From positions 143,470,001 through 143,534,000 of the forward strand of contig CM059432.1 of the NCBI GenBank assembly GCA_030390025.1: a stretch of DNA of 64,000 nt, given 5' to 3'. The position numbers were made by a program, and so were the translations under genes. Below are positions 1 through 11,700 of the stretch, piece after piece. Numbering within the stretch: the stretch's first letter is position 1; every line of letters starts with the position of its first letter. This DNA is from Squalus acanthias. Its lineage: Eukaryota. The notes under the pieces are model-generated. The model did not search any database. It was not told where the DNA came from and saw nothing but the letters and a program-made list of their open reading frames with translations.

Positions 1-238
1 ATTCCAAAGATTCACAACCCTCTGAGTGAAGAAATTTCTCTTCATCTCAGTCCTAAATGGCCGACCCCTTATCCTGAGACTATGCTCCCTAGTTCTAGAC
101 ACTCCAGCCAGGGGAAACAACCTCTCAGCATCTACCCTGTCAATCCCCCTCAGTATCTTATATGTTGCAATGAGATCACCTCTCATTCTTCTAAACCCCA
201 GGAGTATAGGCCCAATCTACTCAATCTCTCATCATAGG
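1..238 (-). mobile_element. CR1/HER1 LINE fragment (ORF2 C-terminus)
   Basis: Reverse complement of the RMRGDLI...[13 protein letters not shown] region seen in many copies in the window. Confidence 0.85.
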
Positions 239-573
239 GAGATTAAAGCTCATCCCCTGGGCAGTTTCTCCTAATTGCAGAGCAGTACACAGACACAGAG
301 CTACTGGCTCCTCAGCAACTAAGTTCACTTAGTCGAGATGTGAATTCTCTAATATTGCAAGAGGCTTCTTCATTATGGTGGCCTTTGATCCTGCCCAATG
401 AAGGAACCAATCTCCATGTACATAGATCATTAAAATGTCATGGACAGATACAGAAAATAATCAAAAAGGGAATGCTGGCCTTTATATCTAATTATTGAGA
501 AAAAAACTATCTGAAGCTATATTTTAGTTATGAATTTAATACTGTATTGTGGATCGTTCAGTAACAAATAAAT

Positions 574-878
574 AAAGACTTGCATTTATACAGCATCTTT
601 CACAACCTCAGGATGTCCCAAAGCACTTTACAGCCAATAAAGTACTTTTTGAAGAGCAGTCACTGTGGTAATGGAGGAAACACAGCAGGCAATTTATGCA
701 AAGCAAGGTTCCACAAACAGCAATGTGATAATGACCAGATAATCTGTTTTAGTGATTTTGCTTACGGGATAAATGTTGGCCAGGACACCAGGGAGAACGC
801 CCCTACTCTTCTTCGAAATAGTGCCATGGGATCTTTTATGTCCACCTGAGAGGGCAGGCGTGGCCTCGGTTTAACATT
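574..878 (-). mobile_element. DeuSINE (SacSINE1-like) 3' part
   Basis: Recurrent body (cccacaaacagcaatgtgataatgaccagataatctgttttagtg) and L2-type tail (gacttgcatttata). Confidence 0.75.
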
Positions 879-1668
879 ATCCCTTGGAGGCGTCCCTTTA
901 AATTAGAAAATTGCAAATGTAACTCCATTATTTAAGAAAGGTGAGAGAGAGAGAAATCAAGAAATTCTAGATCTGTTAGTCTAACATATGTTGTGGGGAC
1001 GTTATTGGAATCTATAATTAAGGACAGAGTGACTGAGAAATTTGAGCTGATTAGAGAGAGCCAACATGGATTTGTAAAGAATAGGCCACGTCTAATGAAC
1101 ATAATTGAATTTTTTGAGGTAGTAACTAAAGTAGCAGATAGGGGAATGTCTCTGTATGTAGTTTATCTGGACTTCCAGAAGGCATTCAATAAGGTTCCAC
1201 ATAAGAGACTGTTAGCTAAAATTAAAGCTCATGGAATTGAAGGCAAATTATTGACTTGGTTAGGAGATTGGTTAGGCAGTAGAAGACAGAGAGTAGGGAT
1301 AATGGGATAATTGGAAGGAAGCGATTACTCGTGTCCTACAAGGATCTGTACTGTGGCCTCAATTATTCACTATATTTATGAATGACTTTGATAACACAAT
1401 AGAGAGCCATATATCCAAGTTTGCTGATGACACAAAGATTGGTGGCATAGTAAGTAATGTAGACAGGAGCATAAAATTACAAAGACATTGATAGATTAAG
1501 TGAGTGGGTGAAACTATGGCAGATGGATTTCAACACAGGTAAGTGTGAGGTGATCTCTGTTGGACCAAAAAAGGATAGATCCATGTACAATTAAATGATG
1601 AAAAGCTGGGAACAGTGGAAGTCCAAAGAGATTTAGGGGTCCGTGTACACAGATCACTAAAATATAGT

Positions 1669-3395
1669 ATAAAATAAAAAATAAAAACAGAAAATGCAGG
1701 AAATACTCAGCAGGTCAGGCGGCATCTGTGGAGAGAGAAACAGAGTTAACGTTTCAGGTCGATGACCCTTCGTCAGAACTGGAAAAAGCTGGAGATGGAA
1801 CAGGTTTTTAAGCAAGTGCAGGGGCAGGGAGAGGGGGAAGGGGAGGAAAGAACAAAAGGGAAGGTCTGTGATAGGATGGAAGGCAGGAGAGATTAAGAGA
1901 CATTAAGAGATGGTGCAAGGCAAAAGGAGATGGTAATGGGACAAGTTAAGAAACAAAAGATGGCTCTAGATGAAGTGTAAATGACACTGGCAGAATGAAA
2001 GACAGCTGCCATGTGGGAGAGAGAATTTTTTGTTGTTGAAATAAATGGGAAAAAAAAGGATAGTGGTAGAGGTTATGGTCTGAAATTGTTGAACTCTATT
2101 TTGAGTCAGAAGGCTGTAAAGTGCCTAATCAAAAGATGAGGTGCTGTTTCTCGAGCTTACGTTGAGCTTCATTGGAACAGTGTAAGAGGCCAAGGACGGT
2201 GAGGTCTGAGTGGGAGTGGAGCGGAGGATTAAAGTGACAGGTCACCGGAAGCTCGGGGTCACCCTTACGGACTGAATGGAGGTGTTCCGCAAAGCAGTCA
2301 CCCAATCTGCGTTTGGTCTTCCCAATGTAGAGGAGACCGCATCGTGAGCAGTGAATACAGTATACTAAATTGCAAGAAGTACAAGTAAATCGCTGTTTCA
2401 CCTGGAAGGAGTGTTTGGGGTCCTGGACAGTGGGAAGGGTGGAGGTAAAAAGGCATGTGTTGCATCTCCTGCGCTTGCACGGGAAGGTGCCGGGCGAAGG
2501 GGAAGGGGTGTTGGGGGTGATAGAAGAGTGGACCAGGGTGTCGCGGAGGGAGCGGTCCCTTCGGAATGCTGAAAGGGGAGGTGAGGGGAAAATGCGTTTG
2601 GTGGTGGGATCATGCTGGAGGTGGCGGAAATATCGGAGGATGATCCGTTGAATGTGGAGGCTGGTGGGATGAAAGGTGAGGGCAAGGGGAACCCTATCAT
2701 GGTTCCGGGAGGGAGGGGAAGGGGTGAGAGCAGAAGTGCAGGAAATAGAACAGACACGGTCAAGGACCATGTCAACCACTGTAGAGGGGAATCCTCGGTT
2801 GAGGAAAAGGAAGACATGTCAGAAGCACTAGTATGGAAGGTGGCATCGTCAGAGCAGATGCAGCGGAGACGGAGAAACTGGGAGAATGGAATAAAGTCCT
2901 TACAGGAAGCGGGGTGGGAGGAAGTGTAGTCCAGGTAGCTGTGGGAGTCAGTGGGCTTGCAGTGAATATTTGTCAATAGCCTATCCCCAGAGATGGAGAC
3001 AGAGAAGTCGAGGAAGGGAAGAGAAGAGTCGCAGATGGACCATGTGAAGGTGAGGGAAGGGTGGAAATTGGAAGCAAAGTGAATGAAATTATCTAGTTCA
3101 GGGCGAGAGCAGGAAACAGCACCGATACAGTCGTCAATGTACCGGAAAAAGAGGTGAGGGAGGGGACCTGAGTAGGACTGGAACAAAGAGTGTTCCACAT
3201 ATCCCATGAAAAGGCAGGCTTAGCTGGGACCCATGCGGGTTCCCATAGCAACACCTTTAATTTGGAGGAAGTGAGTGGAGTCAAAGGAGAAGTTGTTCAA
3301 TGTGAGAACAAGTTCAGCCAGGCGGAGGAGGGTGGTGGTGGATGGGGACTGGTTGGGCCTCTGTTCAAGGAAGAAGCGGAGCGCCCTCAGCTCAA
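1669..3395 (-). mobile_element. Penelope-like element, family A (5'-truncated, frameshifted RT + GIY-YIG, 3' pseudo-LTR with hammerhead motif)
   Basis: RT motif FRYIDD (ORF 2398-3207); GIY-YIG NLVYCIHCSRCGLLYIGKT (ORF 2129-2779); 11-bp TSD taaaatatagt at 1658-1668 and 3396-3406. Confidence 0.92.
1743..1780 (-). ncRNA. Minimal type I hammerhead ribozyme motif (Penelope family A pLTR)
   Basis: Minus strand AGUU CUGACGA AGGGUC AUC GACCU GAAA CGUU AACU: catalytic core boxes, stem II, palindromic AACGUU, helix I AGUU/AACU. Confidence 0.75.
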
Positions 3396-4947
3396 TAAAA
3401 TATAGTGGTCAGGTACAAAAAATAATCAAAAAGTCTAATGGTATGTTAGCCTTTAAGACTAGAGGGCTAGAATATAACAGGGAGGAAGTTTTGCTACAGC
3501 TATACAAAGCTCTGGTTAGACCACATCTGGAGTACTATGTACAGTTCTGGGCACCGCACCTTAGAAAGGATATATTGGCTGTGGAATGAGTGCAGCCCAG
3601 ATTCACTAGACTGTTACCAGGGCTCCAAGGGTTAGATTATGAGGAGATATTACATAAACTAGGCTTGTATTCCTTGGAATATAGAAGGTTAAGAGGTGAT
3701 TTGATTGAGGTTTTTAAGATTTTGAAAGGAATTGATAGAGTAGATAGAGAGAAACTTTTTCCACTGGCAGGGAAGTCTAGGACAAAGGGGACATAACCTT
3801 AAAATCAGAGCCAGGCCATTCAGGAGAGAAGTTAGGAAACTTCTTCAGCAAAGGGTAGTAGAAGTGTGGAAATCTCTCCCACAAAAATAGATGCTAGCTC
3901 AATTACCAATTTTAAATCTGAGGTGGATAGATTTTTGCTAGACAAGGATATGGAGCCAAGGCAGGTGGATGGAATTAAGAGACAGATCAGCCATGATCTC
4001 ATTAAATGGCGGAACTGCCTCGAGGGGCTAATGGCCTACTCCTGTTCCTATGTCCTATGTGAAGGAGTCTCCCAAGGTAAATTCTAGTTGATCGTGGACC
4101 ATGCTTACTGAATGTAGTGAGATTGAGCAAAAGGTCAAGCACTTTGGTCATAAAATTTCAGGCAAGTATGTAAAAAAAAACTGCTAGTATAATTTGTAGG
4201 TTGACAGTTGACTGCTAAATGTGACTAAACAGGACGGAAAATCACAAATAATACTGCTCCGAATATCGGTGGCACTGTTTCTTAATGTCTAACCAGGTAT
4301 TGGCACCGTCACTGTACTGTCCGAGTCTGTACAATGTAAGTTAAGAGCTGTATACTCTGTGGATATTGTTATATGCTGTCTGATAGCATCCCAGGGCGAG
4401 AGGCAATTATTTGCCCATTAACGGGGCAACTGTTGGGAAATACGCGTGAAATCCATCCACGTTTTATTAGTAATAACAATTCAGTCGTAAACAAAACGGG
4501 AATGCAGGTTATAAATTGCACATGGAACGCGAGGTCGACTTCAAAATATACATTGCACTAACTGGGACTGTGCGGGAGCTGGGAGTTTGGGAGAGCTGGG
4601 AGCTGATCTCATTGCCAAACTTGTCTGGGTTTTAAGCTCTTGCCTCCTCTCACTTTAGCAACTATTGCGTGTGGGTTTCACTCGACTTTTTACCAACTAT
4701 CTCACTCCTTGGAGACTGTCATTTAGCAAGGTGTCGGTGCGTATTATCCCAAATCACTGTGCACACCGAATCACATTGTACTGTTCCTTAAACTGGATTA
4801 AAGATGTGAGTAAACAGATGGCAGGGGGTGGGGGTGTATCCAAGCTCGGATACTGCTCTCCTTGAGCGGAATGGGAATGAGCCGATGAAGAGAGACTGCG
4901 AGTAGATTGAGAGAGAAGCTTGGACTCTTTCTATTTCGTGTTACGAT

Positions 4948-6817
4948 ACGATATAATTGCGATTATGGAGACATGGCTGCAGGGTGACCAAGGCTGGGAG
5001 CTGAATATCCAAGGATATTCGATATTTAGGAAGGACAGGCAAAAAGAAAAAGGAGGTGGGGTGGCCTTGTTAGTAAAGGATGAAAGCAGAGCAATAGTGA
5101 GAAAGGATTTTGGCTCAGAAAATCAAGATGTAGAATCAGTCTGGGTGGAGCTAAGAAATACCAAGGGGCAGAAAACATTGGTGGGAGTTGTCTATAGGCC
5201 TTCAAACAGTAGTGATAATGTAGGGGACGGCATCAAACAGGAAATTAGAGATGCATGTAACAAGGGTACTACAGTAATCATGGGTGACTTTAATCTACAT
5301 ATAGACTGGCCAAACCAAATTAACAATAATACTGTGGAGGATGAATTCCTGGAGTGTGTACGAGATGTTTTTTAGACCAGTACATTGAGGAGCCAACTAG
5401 GGAACAGGCTATCCTAGATTGGGTATTGTGCAATGAGAAGGGGTTAATTAATAATCTTGTTGTGCGGGGTCCTTTAGGGAAGAGTGACCATAACATGATA
5501 GAATTCTTCATTAAGATGGAAAGTGAAGAAGTCCAATCCGAAACTAGGGTCCTAAATCTAAACAAAGGAAACTACGATGGTATGAGGAGGGAGTTGGCTA
5601 TTATAGATTGGGGAGCTTCATTAAAAGGCATGGTGGTGGATAGGCAATGGCTAACATTTAAGGAACAAATGCATGAATTGCAACAGTTATACATTCCTTT
5701 CTGGTGCAAAAACACAAAACGAAAAGCGGCCCAATCATGGCTAACAAAAGAAATTAAGGATAGTATTAGATCCAAAGAGGAGTCATATAAAGTTGCCAGA
5801 AAAAGTAGCAAGCCTGAGGATTGGGAGCAGTTTAGAATTCAGCAAAAAAGGACCAAGAGATTGATTAAGAGGGGGAAAAGAGAGTATGAGATGCAGTATA
5901 ATGTGGATAAATGTGAAGTTATCCACTTTGGTAGGAAAAACAGAAAGGCAGAGTATTATTTAAATGGTGATAAATTGTGAAATAACAACAGAAAACGCTG
6001 GAAAAACTCAGCAGGCCAGGCAGCATCCGTGGAGAGAGAAAGAGAGTTAACGTTTCAGGTCGATGACCTTTCATCAGATAAATTGTGAAATGTTGATGTA
6101 CAGAGGGACCTGGGTGTCCTTGTACACCAGTTACTGAAAGCAAACATGCAGGTGCAGCAAGCAGTTAGGAATGCAAATGTATGATGGCCTTCATTGCAAG
6201 AGGATTTGAGTACAGGAGCAAGGATGTCTTACTACAGTTATACAGGGCCTTGGTGAGACCACACCTGGAGTAGTGTGTGCAGTTTTGGTCTCCTTACCTA
6301 AGAAAGGATATACTTGCCATAGAGGGAGTGCAGCGAAGGTTCACCCGACTGATTCCTGGAATGGCAGGACTGTCGTATGAGGAGAGATTGGGTTGACTAG
6401 GTCTATATTCACCAGAGTTTAGAAGAATGAGAGGGGATCTCATTGAAACGTATAAAATTCTGACAGGGCTAGACAGACTGGATGCAGGGAGGATGTTTCC
6501 CCTGGTTGGGGGGTCTAGAACGAGGGGTCACAGTCTCAGGATATGGGGTAGGACATTTAGGACTGAGATGAGGAGAAATTTCTTCACTCAGAGGGTGGTG
6601 AACCTGTGGAATTCTCTACCACAGAAGGCTGTGGAGGCCAAGTCACTGAATATATTTAAGAAGGAGATAGATAGATTTCTAGACGCAAAAGGTGTCAAGG
6701 GGTATGGGGAGAGAGCGGGAATATGGTATTGAGATAGAGGATCAGCCATGATCATATTGAATGGCGGAGCAGGCACAAATGGCCTACTCCTGCTCCTATT
6801 TTTCTATGTTTCTATGT
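4948..6817 (+). mobile_element. CR1/HER1 LINE with APE endonuclease region, large internal deletion near 5890, and 3' end
   Basis: ETWL..GGGVALLVK..GVVYRP..MGDFN..SDHN endonuclease motifs, then a jump to [14 protein letters not shown]; typical 3' UTR. Confidence 0.88.
5984..6076 (-). mobile_element. 93-bp solo Penelope family A pLTR fragment ending at the hammerhead core
   Basis: Matches 1683-1776; flanked by 15-bp direct repeat gataaattgtgaaat (5969-5983, 6077-6091). Confidence 0.85.
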
Positions 6818-7549
6818 GTTGTCAACCTGCAAATCATCGGGGAGGGAGAAGGAAGAATTGGATCAGGGGGCGAGTATATCATTAGCACGAGAATGAACAT
6901 TAAAGAGGGAGTTTACCGAATGATGCATTGAAAAATCTTAGCTTTCAGAAACCAGAGTATAAACACACGAGCAAACAGAGATAGAATGACGTTGATCATT
7001 GGAGTAAAATTCATTTTGAAAGTACATGTATTGAAGTAGTGTCAGTGCCGTGCAATTGGCCCATTGTCCACTCTACCGCTAAAAGTATGTCAGGCTCATG
7101 TGTCCTGATAAAACCCTCTTGGGCTGATGTTTACTACCAGGTTGCTAATAGTGACCACAGTGCGTGATGTGAATGTGCACAGATCCAAATAGCCATCCAA
7201 CTCCACACCTCCCGCACACTGGGAATACAGACCCTGGCGGGAAGGAGCTTGTCGCTGGAGCTGGGACTGAGGAAAGGTAAGGTGGCGCAGGGTATCCCAG
7301 GAGACCCAACAGCTGCTCCACGCTGCCTCACTCTCTGTTCACTATTTCCAGTATTGGGATGAGCTTAAGGTGCAGGTAACAAAATCCCAGCATTGGGGGT
7401 TTAAATTGAGACTGGGTAAAAATTAGGGTTAGAGAATCCCAGAGATTGCTACACGTGGATGGGATTCCATAATCCGGCGAGTTCCTTTAAGAAAAGTAGA
7501 TCGACTTTTCCCAGCCTTCTCTGAAGTTTTATTTAGTAGATTTATTGAT

Positions 7550-7712
7550 CAGAAATTGTAGGTAATAATGTATAGATGGGACACACCAGAAATTGTAGTT
7601 AATAATGTATAGATTGGGTAAATCAAGAAATTGTAGGTAATAATGTATAGATTGGGTAAATCACGAAATTGTTGGTAATAATGTATAGATTGGGTAAATC
7701 AGAAATTGTATA
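7550..7712. repeat. Minisatellite of ~37-38 bp (agaaattgtaggtaataatgtatagattgggtaaatc), ~4 copies plus degenerate copies to ~7930
   Basis: Direct inspection. Confidence 0.8.
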
Positions 7713-8354
7713 CGACAACACATTGATTGCGTGAATAAGAAATCATATAGAATAACATATAGATTGAACAAATCAGGAATGGTGTACAATAACATGTATA
7801 TATATTGGGCCAATCACAAATTGTATACGATGACACATATATTGAGGAAATGCAGAATGGTGTGCAATAATGTATAGATTGGGTAAATCTGGATTAGTGT
7901 ACAATGATGTATTGATTGGGCCAATCAGCTGTAATGATTTATATTCGGAGTCCAGGCTCCCTCTCTCCCGCAGTGCCGCCGGGCTCTGTATAATCCACAC
8001 TGTTACTCTGAGCTGACGGGTCGCACTCTGACTCTGACTCTGACTGAATTGGGGACAATATTTTCACCCCAGCAAGTCACCCTGCAAATAAATCGGGTAA
8101 ATGCCGATCTGCCGTCTTTAATATCCCGTGGTCCGGTGTTCCCCAATAGGGAGAACATTTTCTGTGCTGGTTTTTAAAACCTAGTCAGAAACACCGTGAC
8201 CTTACTGAGTGTTCTAAAGTTTGAAATGAACACACACGGAATTCTAGCCCAGTTTAAAGCAGGAAATGAGGGCCAATTCTCAAGAAGACCCTTGAATCCT
8301 CTAATGAAAACCACTTTTTGCACAATTGAAGCCAGCGGCCACTGAAATGATAAA

Positions 8355-8558
8355 ATATAAACTGAAAATGCTGGAAATACTCAGAGGGTCAGGCAGCATC
8401 TGTGGAGAGAAAAACTGAGTTAACGTTTCAGGTCGGTGACCTTTCGTCAGAACTGGAAATTTAGCAGTTTATAAACAAGTACAGGTTCAGGGGAAAGGGG
8501 AGAGGGGAACAAAGTGGAAGATCTGTGATAAAGTTGAGGGCAGGAGTGATTAAATGAC
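8355..8558 (-). mobile_element. Older Penelope family A pLTR remnant just upstream of the PKHD1L1 ATG
   Basis: Colinear with 1683-1900, including gagttaacgtttcaggtcggtgacctttcgtcagaact. Confidence 0.8.
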
Positions 8559-8660
8559 AATGATGTCTGTTAACTGTAAGCACACAGCCGGATGTTGGTG
8601 AATGTACCCCATTCTCGCAGCAGGCAGATACCAAGAGGGCACCAGGAGTTGTGGGGCAGC

Positions 8661-8718
8661 ATGTCCGTGTGGTGGAGTTTGGCGATCGCTCTCAGTCTCT
8701 GCTCACTTGCTGGCTCAG
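8661..8718 (+). CDS. PKHD1L1: PKHD1L1 exon 1 (signal peptide)
   Basis: gcagc[22 protein letters not shown]; donor cag|gtaagt; 58 nt. Confidence 0.88.
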
Positions 8719-11700
8719 GTAAGTCAGAATCGGCTCAAAACATCCGACCACAGCCGAGTGCTATCAAAAATCTTAACCGTCTGTATATAGCAAGTGGGAC
8801 ACGGGTTTTCTAAATCACATTTACCGGATATCGAGCTGCATTTTAATCAGGGTGAAATAACTCAAAATACTAAACCCGAATTTACACCGGGTTATTGAAC
8901 GAATTTAACTGAGAGCTATCATCTATCTATCCATCTATCTGTCACTTTTGCTGACTATCTGTCTGTCTCGCTCTCTGCCTCTCTCTATCTGTCTCTCTCT
9001 CTGCCTCTCTCTCTCTCTGTCTCTCTCTCTCTCTGCCTCTCTCTGTCTCTGTTTTTGTCTCTGTCTCTATCTCTGTCTCTTTCTCTGTGTCTCTCCCTGT
9101 TTCTGTCTCTCTGTGTCTCTGTCTCTCAGTTCTGTCTCTGTCTCTGTCTCTCAGTTTCTCTGTCTCTGTCTCTCAGTTTCTGTCTCTATCTGTGTCTCTG
9201 TCTCAGTTTCTGTCTCTTTCTCTCTCTCGCTCTGTCTCTTTCTCTCTGTCTGTCTCCCTATTTCTGTCTTTCTCTCTGTCTCTCTCTGTCGCTGTCTCTC
9301 TCTCTCTCTCTCTATCTCGCTCTATTTATTTATTTATTTATTTATTTTTCAGTTTCCCAAACCGTTCCCAAAGTTTTCGAGATATATCCTCAATCCGGCA
9401 GCAAAAATGGAGCAACCAGGCTGACGATCAAAGGGCAGGGTAAGGAAGATTCTCCTCCTCCTCCCACAATGAGCTGATTGATAATCCTTTCTCCCACTGG
9501 TTTTAATATACTTTGGCTGCTTTCACAGGATTTTCGGGAGAGAATCAGTTTAACTACATAGCAGGAAATGAAAAGCTGGGCAACAGTGTGCAGCTGGTAT
9601 CGGAAACCAGATCCATCCCTTGCGACGTGGAGAAAGATTCCAGCCACGAAACACAGATCATTTGCTACACCAGGTAGAAGTACATTCAGTCTCGGTGTGC
9701 TGGCTCACTCTGCAAGTGTTGGGCAACTGGGTTACTAAACGTTATAAAAACTCACCACCTAGTTAGAAAACTTATACATAGAATCATAGAACCGCACAAC
9801 ACAGAAGGAGGCCATTCGGCCCACCATGCCTGTGCCATCTCCTTTTTAGAGCGGTCCAATGAGTCCCACTCCCTTTTAGCTGATTACATTTCAGAAGACA
9901 GCCAGACTTGGGAGGGGTCCTGAAGCCACAAGGCTGTGCCAATCTGCGCCTAACCCCAATTTAAATAAACCAGGCGCCGGTGAGCTCCTTATTAACCGAA
10001 TGGAAACTTTACCTGTGTGGATTTTCTCAGTTATTTGATCTGAAGTCTCAGATACCCAGCTGATCAAAGTGAAGGATTTTAAAATTCTGCTTTAGTTGTT
10101 GATAGTCAGCGCTTTCATCAAAGGTACAGTGTGTAAAAGGTGTTCCTTTGGCCGAAATGAATGTTTTCCTTTGTTTTAGACCTCTACCAAAAGACACCTA
10201 TCGCATTGTGGTGAGTGTAGACGGGGATCCTATCGATGGCAGCAACAGGATGACTTTTTATGTAAGTGGACCGTTTTTTGCACTCACATACTTACATGAG
10301 CATGTACTCCCACTCCAAGCCCTTCATGTGCTGCTTATACCATGATGTTCTTGACTGGTAACTATAATGGGAGGATTTTCACCCTCACTGCCTAGGCTGT
10401 AATCTGAAGGAGCGGATCACTCGCCCATTAAAGAACCAGCCTGATTTTCATTCCATGCCTATGCAACTCTTCCCCATTACGTTCAGAAAAAGACCAACTG
10501 TTGGGAATGGGGGGGCTACAGGAGTATGAGGCCCACCTTCCAACTGAAACTCAAGACCATGATTTCACCAGAAACTAATTTATGGTTTTTTTTTCTTTTA
10601 ACAGTCACAAAACTTTTATACCCCAACCATTGATGAGATTTCTCCAGTGTCCGGATTGCCAGGTCTGTGCTAAAAGCATGTTCTTAGATATTTTCACAAC
10701 GGGTCAGAGAAGAAAGTCTCTCCAAAACACCACACATGCTTACTTATATATCTTGTCCACCTTCCCATGGAAATAGCGTGCAAATAGGGACAAGTCTCAG
10801 CTGAGGAAAGGATACATTTTGGTACATTCATGAAACACGCAGACTGATTGATAATCTCATCGGCTCGTGTAATTCAGGAGCTGAGTAAGAAGAATGCAGT
10901 TCAGCTTTAGCGAAGCAGCTAACAGTTGATCCTCTTAGACAAGACTTAACATTGCATTTCCCCACCAACAGATCCTTCTCACATTAATCATTCTTTGTGC
11001 TCTCAACAGCACTGTGTTTCAGCGTCTGGAGCTTTCCAGCTATTTGAACTCCTGGGAGTTTTGGTGTCCATTCTCAGAATGTGCATTTGCTCTGAGAAGG
11101 TGACGCTGGGGCTTCTCTTTGATACAACATAGTGGCTTGCTCGGCCGATTCAGAGAGCAGTTAAGTGTCAACCACGTTGCTATGGGACTGTGGAGCCACA
11201 TATAGGCCACTTATAGCTTCACACAAAGGCTAGTAGAAATCTGGTGGTACTCTCCTGAAAAAAGCTTTTGAGACTGAGGGTCAACTGAAGATTTCAAATC
11301 TGAGATTGGTAAGATTTTTGTTAGGCAAGGTTATTCAGGGATACCGAACCAAGGTGGGAAGATGGTGTTAAGACACAGATCAGCCATGATCTAATTGAGT
11401 GGTGGAGCAGGCTCGAGGGGCTGAATGGCCTCCTCCTGTTCCTATAGGGGAAGGACGGCAGGTTTCCTTCCCTGAAGAACATTAGTGAACCAGTTGGGTT
11501 TTTTACGACAATCCAACAGCTTCATGGTCACTTTTACTGGTGCCAGCTTTTTATTTCCAGGTTCATTTTTTTTTAATTAAATTCAAATTCTCACAACTGC
11601 CCTGATAAGTATTAGAGATGTTCATTAAGACTAAAGAGGAAACGTGTCAGGACCTGCCGTTGGGCCCTGGATCTCTGCCGGTTTCTGCCGACCTCCGGCT

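Larger units (their letters stand above)
880..4060 (+). mobile_element. Degenerate CR1 LINE (RT region and 3' UTR), split by a Penelope insertion
   Basis: [24 protein letters not shown] motifs, LVRPHLEY, 3' tail gatcagccatgatc...ctatgtcctatgt. Confidence 0.85.

Noticed and set aside
8948..9477. Long Ser/Leu/Cys ORFs
   Set aside because: Translation of a (CT)n microsatellite; only 9353-9439 is a real exon.
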